A stretch of DNA of 64,000 bases, from positions 1-64,000 of the forward strand of contig JABLTG010000035.1 in the NCBI GenBank assembly GCA_016618085.1. Reading direction: 5' to 3'. Numbering within the stretch: position 1 is the first letter of the stretch; every line of letters starts with the position of its first letter. The notes beneath the pieces are model-generated. The model did not search any database and was not told the origin of the DNA. It saw nothing but the letters and a program-made list of their open reading frames with translations. The DNA comes from Neovahlkampfia damariscottae (Eukaryota). This document shows, one piece after another, positions 52,505 to 63,509 of this stretch. The position numbers were made by a program, and so were the translations under genes.

Positions 52505-53293
52505 ATGTTGTTTTTTAGAAGAAATTTGAAGAAGGATTTGGTGAAAAATTATTCAAAATTTCAAAAAAGTGATAAAAGACCTAAACATGTTAAGGAAAAA
52601 ATTCTCTATGAACAAGAATTGAACAAAGTTCGTCAAGTTTATAAAAAAGAATTTTTAGAAAACAAACAAAAAAAAGATGCAGCTTCTGTTGAAAAATTTA
52701 AAAAACACAGAGAAGAAGTATTGAATTATAGAAGACAAAAGAGTGAAGTTTCTAGATACAATCTTCAAAAAAATCAAGAGTTTATGGAGTTTCTTACCAA
52801 AGAAAGAGACAGAAAAAGAAGAGAAAGAAATCAAAATAGAATAAATCAAGAAATGATAAAAAGTACAGAAAGAGTCTATAATTTACAACGAATGGTGAAA
52901 GAAAGTCAACATTATATCACGAAAGAAAATATTGATGAACATTTAATGAAACAATTAAATCCAGGACGTATTGTGACACCAACAATATTTAAAGACAGAA
53001 TTGGTATTATTGATGAAGTTAATTATTATGAATATTTCACACAAGCAATTGAAAAAGATATTGATCTACCATCATTGACACCTTTAACTTTATCACCAAA
53101 ACCAATTCTTAAAAATTTAATTGTTAAAGATGAAAAAGAAAAGTTAGAAAAATCTAAATTGTATCAAGAAAAATATGAACAATCAATTAAAGGTTTTGAA
53201 GAATTACGTAAAACAAAATTTGCTGGTTATGATAAAAAACAACTTATTGCAAAAATTGAAAGTTCATCAGGCGATTTGGTTTGGAAACCATAA
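52505..53293 (+). CDS. Mitochondrial protein, mS26-like ribosomal subunit
   Basis: Presequence-like start, charged coiled coil and ESQHYITKENIDE motif. Confidence 0.55.
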   Translation: MLFFRRNLKKDLVKNYSKFQKSDKRPKHVKEKILYEQELNKVRQVYKKEFLENKQKKDAASVEKFKKHREEVLNYRRQKSEVSRYNLQKNQEFMEFLTKERDRKRRERNQNRINQEMIKSTERVYNLQRMVKESQHYITKENIDEHLMKQLNPGRIVTPTIFKDRIGIIDEVNYYEYFTQAIEKDIDLPSLTPLTLSPKPILKNLIVKDEKEKLEKSKLYQEKYEQSIKGFEELRKTKFAGYDKKQLIAKIESSSGDLVWKP

Positions 53294-53367
53294 ATAAAAA
53301 TTTATTGAATGAATAAATTATTTTTTGCATTAGAATGGTTTCAAACATTGTTTGATTGGTCAAAAGA

Positions 53368-55363
53368 ATGAACGGTAAAAAATTATTGTTCATCTTCATT
53401 GTGTCTATATATTTTCTTCGATCGAATTCTCAAGATAGTAGAGAATTCAAATGTTTAACAAAAGGCAATTTTTAGTATTTTAATTGTTTTATTCATTTTT
53501 AAGTATTTTTTGGCAGAAGAGTATTTCTACGGGTACAATTCAAATGACAATAAGGTCGAACTCACCATCAGGATATTCATTCCTAGCAATAACTGGTGAT
53601 TCTAGTGGCAAAGAAAATTTTACGAATGCTGTTGTGGTTGCAACCACGACTATTGGTTCACAATATAAATATCTTGAATACATAGGTGGAGAAAATGTTA
53701 CTTCTTCAGTTTTATTCACCAATAAATCAAGACCTAATGTTGGTGCAATAGTTGGTAGATCTATTTCAAGGTTAAGACCATTATACTTTCCAAATGGTAA
53801 CTTTTTACTACCTAATTATTTGCAGATTATGTTGTCACTATTGCAATTTATCAAGAAGTTTTAACTCAAGAATTACCATCAAAATTTTCAAATCGCACTA
53901 ATTTTAAATTATTTGTTGGCTCAAATTATGATCAAAAACCTTCTTTCAGTTCAAATTATCAATTACCTGTTCTTGATCAATTGGAAGTAATGCCATTTTC
54001 AGTTGATCAAAATAGTTATTGTTATATTCCAGGTATTAGAAGATGGTCATCTTTTCATGTTTCAATATTTATAATTGAATTGAGTTTCTATTTTTTAGTA
54101 TTTTTATTATGTATTGTTATTTATTTATTCAAATTACAACCATTTTATTCAAGAGGACTATCACCTATTCTTGGTACAATGGCACAATTCTTTGCAGTTT
54201 TTGAACAACTTTATGTATTTACTTTAAATGTTGAAGATATTTCAAAATATTATTGTTTATTTACATCATTATTTCATTTTGTTGGATCACAAATGGCTTT
54301 AATTTTAATTCCACTTTATTTATTAAGATACATTGGAATTTTATTTTTTTCAAAACTTAAAATGGTTTATTATGAAAATATACAAAATCAAAATAAATCT
54401 AAACCAAAAAGCAAGTTTATAGTTTTAATATTTAAATTAATTCAAAATCCAATTTTTAATTTACTTTTTATATTTTGTTTTTGGTTATTTTTAAATATAT
54501 TATATATAACTATATATTTAATTTCAATTTCAAATGGTGACATAACAAATGGATGTTTAAATGTATCAAATATAATGGGATATATTACAATTGGATTAAC
54601 TGTTATCATCATTTTAATTTGGATTTCAATTTATCTTTTAGATTTAATTTTAATTGTCCCTGAAATTATTTCATTTAAACCATTTAAATTCAAATTCTTG
54701 AATCTATTTCATATTTTTTGGAAAAAAGATCCTTTAAGTTTTAGAATTGAAAATTTAATTGGTTCAATTTTGATTTTTATTTATTTGATCGTTTCAATCA
54801 TTTTTACATTTGTTGATATTGAATCAAATAGAATTGCATTTGTACTAATCAATTCATTTCAATTTCATTTGTTATTCATTTATCAAGTTGTATTTGTATT
54901 AGTGATAACTCTCTCTCAATTATTGAGGAAATTAATTTGTACAAGAAAGCAAAAAAAAGATGAAATTGATATCATTTTGTTGGATGAAGAGGTTGGATAT
55001 CCATTGTTCTTAAACTATTCAATTGATGAATTTTCATCAGAAAATGTTTTGATTTATAAACATATTAAAAAATATGAAAAAACGAAAGATTTTGATGAAA
55101 GAAAACAAATAGCTCAAGATATTGTTCAAACTTATCTTGGTTTTTCTTCACCTTTGGAAGTAAATGTGAATGGTAAAACAAGGAATTTGGTGAAAGCTCG
55201 TTTTGAAGAAGGGAAATTTGAAAATGACATGTTTGATGAATGCTTACTTCAAATACGTTACAATCTGTTTGATACATATTCCAGATTTCAATCTAGCCCT
55301 GACTTTGTTTTTTACTCAAATCAACAACACTTCAAAAAAGAAATGAACTTGATTGAAAAATAA
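53368..55363 (+). CDS. 7TM-RGS receptor with a DOMON-like ectodomain (copy 1, 2 introns)
   Basis: Signal peptide, QPFYSRG, about 7 TM helices, and RGS box EFSSENV...YLGFSSPLEVNV...NLFDTYSRF. Confidence 0.85.
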
Positions 55364-55451
55364 ACCATTCAACCAAATTTACACAATCTTGTTTCCTAAA
55401 TTGAATGAACCAATCATAGATAGACAAACTTTTTTTTGAAAGAAAAGGAAG

Positions 55452-57699
55452 ATGAGCAAAAACTGTTTGAGACTCACTTGTTTTTTATTGTGTCTTCTAA
55501 ACATCACATGGACACAAGAATTTAAAGGATTTCAATGCCGAACAAAAGGAAACACATACATTTTGTCAAACGTTTATCGAAGTACGTACTTGAAGTAATT
55601 CTTATATTTTTTAAGCTTCTATGGATATAACTGTAAGAACAAATGCTCCACTTGGATATAGTCTGGTAGTCTTATCTCCTTCAAAAAAAAATTTTAAAAA
55701 TTCTGTTTTCATTGCATTCGAAGGTGGATCAACAGGAAAGAAACCACGATATCAAATATACTCTGGTAATACTACTTATGTACCAACAGGAATTTGGTAT
55801 AACATGACAAAATTTGGTAAACAGTCTCTCAGGTTGGCTTTCAACGATTTTACTATTGGTATACTTTCTTCTTTTTAATATTTTATTATCAAAATAGCAA
55901 AAACGAAACCTACTTACATTCCAAATGGTAACATTTGATATTTTATAATTTTTTTAAGATTTTTATTGGTCTTTTTCATTTAATCGAACAAAATTACTTG
56001 AAGATTTACCAGTCAATCAATCCTTTAAATATGCATTTGTTGGGTCAAATTATTATGCAAGTATTCCAACCAATTCACCTTATTCATTACCACCACCTGA
56101 TCAAATGGAAGTGATGCCATTTGACATTTTTTCGAAAGGTACAAAAAAAAAAAAAGAATTTAATTTTTAGATAGTTTTTGTTTTATACCTTGTAAGTTTT
56201 TAATTTAATTTAAAAAAGAAAGCAATTTTACGATGGTCAACTTTTCATTGGTCATTATATGCCATTGAAATGAGTTTTTATGTAATTATTTTAATAATTT
56301 GTACAATTTTATATATTTTCAAATTTCAACCACTTTATTCAAGAGGATTAACACCAATTATTGGATCAATTTCACAAATATTTTTATTATTATCTCAAAT
56401 TCATTTTTTTGCATTAAATGTTGAAGGAATTTCTAATAATTTTTGTTTATTTGATATGTTTTTTTATGTAAGAAGAATTTAGTTTTAAAGAATAGTATCC
56501 TGGAGTTCAAATGTCTTTAATTTTAATTCCAATTCATTTAATTCGTTATATTGCAATTATTAATCTTGCAAGATCAAAAAAAACTTTGTACATCACTAAA
56601 AATAATGGAAAAAAAGAAGTTGGCACATTTTTGATAAAAATGTTAAAAATTATTCAAAATCCATTCATTAATTTATTTATTGTTTTACTTTATTTATTTT
56701 TCTATCTTTCAATTGAAGTTATCATTTATTTTGTGCCAAATGCAATTGGAAAAGGTGGATATTGTGTTGAAGCTGCATTTTATAATTCTTTATTTAGTAC
56801 AATATTTGTATGTATTTGGATTGGATTATGGGTGATTGGTTTATGTTTAGATACATTTCTTTATTATTTCAATTTTATAAAATTTAAATCAAAGGGTTGT
56901 AATTGTACATTCAAATTAAGAGATTGTAATCCTTATTCATTTTTTGTTAAAAAAGATCCATTCACCTATAGAATTGAATTATATATATTAGGACCAATAT
57001 TAGTATGTGCATTTTTATTTTATATTTTATTTGCACTTCTTGGATTTGATCAACAATATAGATTAATTTTTATTATATTTTCAAGTTTATTTAATCATTT
57101 AGTATTTATTTATCAAGTATTATTTGTTCTTATTTTGACTATAATTCAAATTATTCGTCAATTAATTTGTAGATCTCAACAACCAAAAGAAGAAATTGAT
57201 AGAATTTTATTTGATAGAGAAAATGGAGGATTTGAAATGGTATATTTTTAAATATTTTAATTATTATTAGTTTTCAAACTTTGCTCAAGATGAATATTCA
57301 ATCGAAAATGTTTCTTGTTGGGAAGATATTCAAAAATACAAAAAAAGTGCAAAAGAAAAAGATCAACAAAAAATGAGAGAAATTGCAACAGAAATGTATT
57401 CAAAATATTTAAATGGTGCTGAATCTCCTTTTGAAGTTAATGTCTCAAGTAAATGCAGGAAAAATGTAAAAGAGAAATTAAAAGAAGAAAATGATTTAGA
57501 AGATAATTTATTTGATGAAACTTTGGCTGGTGTCAAATTGAATTTATCAGATACCTATTCAAGAATTCATGTCACAACAGAATTTGCATTGTATTCACAA
57601 AGAACTCGATTTAAACAAGAAATGGGATTGGATAATCAAAATATAATCACTAAAACATTAAATAGAAAATCAACAAAATCTAGACATTCAAAAAAATAA
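55452..57699 (+). CDS. 7TM-RGS receptor with a DOMON-like ectodomain (copy 2, 7 introns)
   Basis: Paralog of copy 1: QPLYSRG, KKDPFTYRIE, EYSIENV, YLNGAESPFEVNV and NLSDTYSR. Confidence 0.85.
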
Positions 57700-57748
57700 A
57701 ATCGATTTTAAATTTTCTCAATAATTTCATTGGTCAATTTTTTGGTTG

Positions 57749-59185
57749 ATGTTTTCAAAAAGCATTCTCTTCTTTTTTTTTATTTTAATTTTAAGCAAAT
57801 TTATATATGATACATACAACGATAGCTTATATGATGTGATAATTGTTGGTGCAGGAGTACAAATTATTTTAATTTATTCTTATCCAAAGGTGTCTGGTAT
57901 TGTTGCAGGAGAAAAATTAAACAAAAATTTAAATGTAATAGTACTGGAGGCAAGAAATAGAATATTAGGAAGAGTGTACACTGATAGGAAATTTTTTAAA
58001 ACACCAATGGGTAATTTCATTTTTATGACTTCTAATGTTTCAGATTTGGGAGCATCATGGATTCATGGGGTCAAAAAAAATCCACTTCATAAAATTGTTT
58101 CTGATTTTGGTATCTCAATAATACCAACCAATTATTCAGAAACTGTATATTACAATCTGACGAACCAACAAATTATAAAAAATACATATAGAGATAGACA
58201 CAAACATTTTGAGAATATGATAGATGATTTTATTGCTTCAGAATTAGATCAAGATATCACTACTTATGAGCTCTTTCAGAAATTTCTTTCATCTGAAAAA
58301 AATACAACCAAAGAAAAAATGGATTTGTTGTATTTTAACTTGGCTTTACTAATAGAAACAGAATTTGGAGATGAATCAAAATATTTAAGTGCTATTCACT
58401 TTTTTAAATCCATCAGTTTTGAGGGTATTGATAATGTTTTGCCAAATGGTTATTCAGAATTGTTCAAAAAATTTAGTGAAAATTTGAATATAGAATTAAA
58501 TTCAAAAGTGATTAAAGTTGAAAAAATCGAATCTAATTTATATTCAATAATGACAAGTGATAATCGGATATATTTCACAAAAAAAGTACTCATCACAGTT
58601 CCACTTGGAGTATTGAAAAGGAATTCAATCAAATTTTCACCACCATTGCCAAAATATAAAATCGATGCAATTCAAAAGTTGGGATTTGGATTATTAAATA
58701 AAGTAATTCTTGAATTTGAAAGAGATTCTTTGAAGAATATCCCAAAAATGATTGCTTTGGTACCTGAAATGAAATACGGAATCCAAAGTGAAAATGTTGG
58801 TTTTGTTTCAGTGTTGAATTGGAAACACTTTTCAAATCACGATTATTTAATGGTTTTTTCACATGGAAATTTTGCAAGATTGATTGAAAATTTGAATGAC
58901 AAAGAAATTATTGAAATTTTAATGAAAAGACTTTCTATCTTCAATTTGAAATATCCAATATCTCACAAAATAACTAGATGGGGAAAAGATGAATTTAGTT
59001 TTGGTAGTTACAGCTATGTGAAATTTGGGAGTACCACAGAACACATGGATGACTTGAGAAAATCCATAAATGATGAAATCTTTTTTGCAGGTGAAGCAAC
59101 GATACCAAATCATCATCAAACAGTTCACGGAGCATTATTAAGTGGAAAGGAAGTATCAGACAAAATTATCGATGAATTTGAATGA
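57749..59185 (+). CDS. Flavin-containing amine oxidase (polyamine oxidase-like), signal-anchored
   Basis: IIVGAGVSG (after splicing), LEARNRILGR, DLGASWIHG, TRWGKD..SFGSYS and FAGEAT...TVHGALLSG. Two in-frame introns. Confidence 0.92.
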   Translation: MFSKSILFFFFILILSKFIYDTYNDSLYDVIIVGAGVQIILIYSYPKVSGIVAGEKLNKNLNVIVLEARNRILGRVYTDRKFFKTPMGNFIFMTSNVSDLGASWIHGVKKNPLHKIVSDFGISIIPTNYSETVYYNLTNQQIIKNTYRDRHKHFENMIDDFIASELDQDITTYELFQKFLSSEKNTTKEKMDLLYFNLALLIETEFGDESKYLSAIHFFKSISFEGIDNVLPNGYSELFKKFSENLNIELNSKVIKVEKIESNLYSIMTSDNRIYFTKKVLITVPLGVLKRNSIKFSPPLPKYKIDAIQKLGFGLLNKVILEFERDSLKNIPKMIALVPEMKYGIQSENVGFVSVLNWKHFSNHDYLMVFSHGNFARLIENLNDKEIIEILMKRLSIFNLKYPISHKITRWGKDEFSFGSYSYVKFGSTTEHMDDLRKSINDEIFFAGEATIPNHHQTVHGALLSGKEVSDKIIDEFE

Positions 59186-59226
59186 ATTTGTTGTCAAAGG
59201 TGTAAAAAAACAAGTAAAAATATTCT

Positions 59227-60490
59227 TTATTGTGTTCCACATGAAATTCCTCCTTGTTGATCTTCATCATCATCTTCGTCATATGCTTCTCTTTGTCTTT
59301 TTTGTTCTTCTTCAAAAACAGGTTCAACAAGTGTAACATCATAGTCATCTTCAGTAACGTCAATTTTTTGTTTTTTTGGGAAAATTTCTTCTAATTTTTC
59401 TTTCATTTGTGATGGTACTTTTTTTGGAAATTCAACTTCAAATTGAATTAAAAGATTTCCTTTATCAAATGGACTTTTCCATTTTGGCATACCTTCACCT
59501 TTAATTTCCAAAACTTGTTCTGGTTTAACAACTGCTCCTTCTTTTGTAGATGCAACCAAAACTCTTCCATCTAAATGTTTAATCTTAAATGTAAGTCCAG
59601 TCAATGCTTCACTTAAACTAATTTTCTTTTTCATAATCAAATGATTTCCATCTCTTTGAAATGTATCATGTGGTTTTTGTTGAAGAATAAAAACTATATC
59701 ACCAGGTAAAATTCCAGGTTTTTCATCCGCTTCATTTTCAAAAACAAGTTTTTGACCTTCTTTCATTCCTTTGTCAACATAAATTTGAAGAATTTTTTCT
59801 TCTGGAGCAACTTTTTCACCTTTACATTTTTTGCACTTGAATTTCTTTTCGATTGATTTACCATCTCCTTTACAATCAGGGCAATATGTTTGTACTTTTT
59901 GAACAAAACCAGGTCCAATTTCTTGATATCCCATGACAATACCTTGTCCTTTACATTTTGCACATGTTTTAATTTTTTCTGGATTTTTTGTTCCTTTTCC
60001 TTCACAATCACTACAATTTCTAGTTCTTGTAATTTTCATTTTTTTTTCTAAACCATTGTATAAATCTTCAAGTGAAACTGCCAAAGCACGACGAACTCCT
60101 TCTCCTTTTTGTGGTCCTCTAGGTTTTCTGCTACCACCACCACGTCCTTGAAAGAGATCAAAAATATCACCACCAAAATCACCAAATCCAAAACCACCAC
60201 CTCCACCATTTTTCAAACCTTCTTCTCCAAATTGATCATAGATTTGTCTTTTGTGTGGATCTGAAAGAACTTCATATGCTTCATTTGCTTCTTGAAATAA
60301 TGTTTCTTTTCCAGGATTTATATCTAAAGAGAAGTTAGTTTTTTATTTTTTTTTACCTTAAAATTTTAATTAGAATTTTGTTTAGTATCTTACCAGGATG
60401 ATACTCCTTTGCTTTTCTTCTGAATGCTTTTCCAATTTCTTCTTCTGTAGCATCAGGTGCAACTCCGAGTCTTTCGTAAAATGTGGACAT
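59227..60490 (-). CDS. DNAJA: Type I DnaJ/Hsp40 (Ydj1/DNAJA)
   Basis: J domain with HPD split by an intron, G/F region, four CxxCxGxG repeats and CaaX CGTQ. Confidence 0.96.
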
Positions 60491-60560
60491 GTTTATTTTT
60501 GAAAATTGAAAATTCCGGTTATCCAATAGAAAAGCATCCATTTCAATTCCGAAAAAAATT

Positions 60561-62064
60561 TTATTCATAAGTCAACATTTTGGTTGTATTTTTTTTTAAA
60601 TCAAATTTGACATTTTTACCATTTGAATTTGGTGTATCAGGTTTTTTTAAAATTGATTTTCTTCTTGATCGAATTGGTGTTTTTCTTACTTCTTCTTCTT
60701 CTTCTTGTACTACTTTTTTAACTTTTTGAGGAGAAGAATATTTGTCTTCTTGTTTTTTACTTTTTTTCTTTTTTTCTTTCTTTGTTTGTTTGACAGGTTC
60801 TTTTTTTGTTTGTTCGACTTGTTGCTCAACTTTTTCTTTTTTTTCTTTTTTTACTTTCTTTTCTTTCTTTTCTTTCTTTTCTTCATGTTTTGTTTGAATA
60901 GGTTCTGGTTCAACTTTTTGTTTTTTTTTCTTTTCTTTTTCAACTGGAACATCCAATTTTACTTTTTTATTTTTTTTATTTTCATCTTTTAATTTTCTCT
61001 TTTTATTTTTTGATGATTCTTTTTCTTTTTCTTCTTCTTCTTCTTCTTGTTTGTTTAATCCTTTGGAAATATTTTCCTTTTTTTTTTATATTAATTTGAT
61101 ATTTAAGTGATTACCATATCATTTGAAATAATATCCAAAAGATCTTGATCATCATTGTCAATTTGTGCCATATATAATTTCTTTTCCCATTCTTGAACTC
61201 TATTTTTGTTACATTTTGTTCTAAGTAATTAATTTTTTTCAAAAATTTTTACTTTCGTAACTCTTTGAAATATTTCACTAATTTTGGATAATTTATAGGT
61301 AAAATAACTTCTTCACCTTCAAATTGTTGTTCAAAATCATATCCTAAAATGATTTCCATAAATTCTTCTTCCATTGTTTTTAATAATGCTTTAGATGATG
61401 TTTTTGAAAATAAAATGAAAAATGGTCTGAAAAATTCTAATAAAATATCATCATTCAATTGTTTTCCTCCAAAATTTTCAAGTTCTAAAATTAAAACATC
61501 GCTTAAATGTCCTTTTATTGAATCTGTCAAAAAATGATCTAAACTTAAAGGTGAAGTCAATAATAATTCGGAATATTTTTTCATTAAATTTTCGTTGTAA
61601 TTATTATTTTTCAACCATACAATGCTACAACTTTAGTAAAAATGAATAATTCTCACCTTTGTTGAACGAAATATCTCAAAAGTGATAAATACTTTGAAAC
61701 TCTATTTTTTTAAAAAAAATGGTGATTTATACCTGTGTTTATCAAGTTTTGGATATTTTTCAATCATAATTTCATAGAAGGTTGATAAATATAAAAAAAA
61801 ATATTCTTCGTCTAATTCTTGAAGTAAACTCGCAACAAAAATACCCATTTCATCTTGATATGCTTGTCTATCAGCTAACCAATAACCTAAAAGGTTAGTT
61901 TATGAATGAAAAGTACAATAATAAATTCCTTGCCATAATTTTTGAAAATCTGTTTTTGTCAAAGGTTTCTTTTCTCTGAAAACTTTTTGTAGTTTTTGGA
62001 GTGCTTTATCTCTGTCATCTTGATCAACTGAAGCTAAAAGTTGAGTAATTTTGTTAACACTCAT
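60561..62064 (-). CDS. RRP1: Nop52/RRP1 rRNA processing protein with a Lys/Glu-rich tail
   Basis: LASVDQDDRDKAL...KLWQGIYYCYWLADR..Q and LDKHRVSKYLSLLR. PP1-type KNVKF near the C-terminus. Confidence 0.85.
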
Positions 62065-62160
62065 CCAAATTTTTTTGTAAAAACTATCCAATCAAATCGT
62101 TCACACCAAATAAAATAAAATAAGTTTTGAAAAGTTAAATTGTTGAAATTAAAGAAAAAT

Positions 62161-62592
62161 TTATTTTCTTTTTGATTTAATCATGTAGTACAAAACAAAA
62201 AAGACAAACATTACAAAAAGAATAACCCAACACATATGTCTTCCAATCTTTTCATTTACAACTTGATCTAATTTTTTTATGGTTGTGGTCAGTGAATTTT
62301 GTGTATTTACAGCATCTGTAGTCACTGAATCAATTAATACATTTGATTCTTTAATTTCAGAATGAATATCTTTTGTGAGTTGTTTTAAATTATCGATTCC
62401 ATAACTCAATTCGTCAAAATTTTCTTCATTTTCTTTTTTCAAAACACTTTGCACAAGTTGATCCTCTTCACCTGAAACACTTGAAGGTTCAACATCATTA
62501 TTTTTCTGTTCTTTTTCTTGTCCAAATAGAGAAGATCTGGAACCTTTTAACATTTTTCCTCTTCTAGACGCTGATGTCATCGTGTTTTTCAT
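62161..62592 (-). CDS. Qc-SNARE (Bet1/Sft1-like)
   Basis: ENEENFDELSYGIDNLKQLTKDIHSEIKESN SNARE motif and C-terminal TM. Confidence 0.8.
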   Translation of the reverse strand: MKNTMTSASRRGKMLKGSRSSLFGQEKEQKNNDVEPSSVSGEEDQLVQSVLKKENEENFDELSYGIDNLKQLTKDIHSEIKESNVLIDSVTTDAVNTQNSLTTTIKKLDQVVNEKIGRHMCWVILFVMFVFFVLYYMIKSKRK

Positions 62593-62695
62593 TCAAGTTG
62601 AATTTTGTTGTAATAAGTTGATTGGTCAAAAAAAAAAAAATAAAACGTTCAGAAAAAAAAATACTTTTTATTGTATTTCCATTTCCTAATATAGT

Positions 62696-63010
62696 TTATT
62701 GTGCTTTGTAATAATAAGAATCACCATCAAATTTTTCATTCAAACTATCAATCAACTTTGATACATATTTTTCGTAGTCTTTAATTGTTCCTTTTTGTTT
62801 CACTTCAGCCATTTTATTTTTGTTTTTTGGTATTGGGATAAAATTGTTGTTGTATCTATAATTTCTACACATGCGCATTTGATCTCTGATATGAGGTGTA
62901 CAATAATCACTTCCTGAAGGAGTGGAATCTTGGTTTCCATAGCTTCTTCCATTTCCATGGTATCCACGACTTTGGTCATTTTGATAACTTCCGTAATTTC
63001 TGTAACTCAT
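62696..63010 (-). CDS. Hypothetical protein (G/S/Y/N-rich N-terminus)
   Basis: Intact 104-aa ORF. CCAAT (ATTGG on +) at 63042. Confidence 0.6.
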   Translation of the reverse strand: MSYRNYGSYQNDQSRGYHGNGRSYGNQDSTPSGSDYCTPHIRDQMRMCRNYRYNNNFIPIPKNKNKMAEVKQKGTIKDYEKYVSKLIDSLNEKFDGDSYYYKAQ

Positions 63011-63089
63011 GCTGAACGAAATTGAGAGTATGAACTATTTGATTGGTCAATTTATCCTTCTAATTTGAAGAATTTTTTTTTTTGAAACC

Positions 63090-63467
63090 ATGCCAAAAAA
63101 TAAAACTTCAAAGAAAGTGTCAACATCAAAACCTTATGAAAAAAAATCAGATAAAATGAACAATGATGAAGAGGAAGTTATTGAAAAAGAAGAAACTTCA
63201 GTGATGTTGATAAAAAAAAGACATACAAAAGAGAAAAAAGATTTGAAAAGAGAAATTGAAGAAATGAAAAAAAAAGCAGTAAAATTATCAAAAAAAGATA
63301 AGTGTAAAAAAAGAGAAAGACAAAATATTATGAAAGAAACAAAAAAGTTAATGGAAGAACTTGAAAAAAAACAAAAAGAAGAAATAGAAGAATTCAAATT
63401 GAAAAAACAAGAAAATAAATTGAGTGAAATACCATTGTTACCAATGGATATAGAATTTAAATTTTAA
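63090..63467 (+). CDS. Lys/Glu-rich coiled-coil protein resembling the OTUD6/Otu2 N-terminal region
   Basis: KRHTKEKKDLKREIEEMKK...KKRERQNI...ELEKKQKEEI. No OTU domain follows. Confidence 0.55.
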   Translation: MPKNKTSKKVSTSKPYEKKSDKMNNDEEEVIEKEETSVMLIKKRHTKEKKDLKREIEEMKKKAVKLSKKDKCKKRERQNIMKETKKLMEELEKKQKEEIEEFKLKKQENKLSEIPLLPMDIEFKF

Positions 63468-63509
63468 TAAAAAGATAATTGAAACCAAAAATTTATTAAT
63501 ATCAAAATT

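Noticed and set aside
10633..63397. Antisense F/I/L-rich ORFs (e.g. 10633-10839, 19335-19658, 21762-22184, 60705-60992, 63134-63397)
   Set aside because: They are shadow frames opposite real K/E/N-rich genes in an AT-rich genome.
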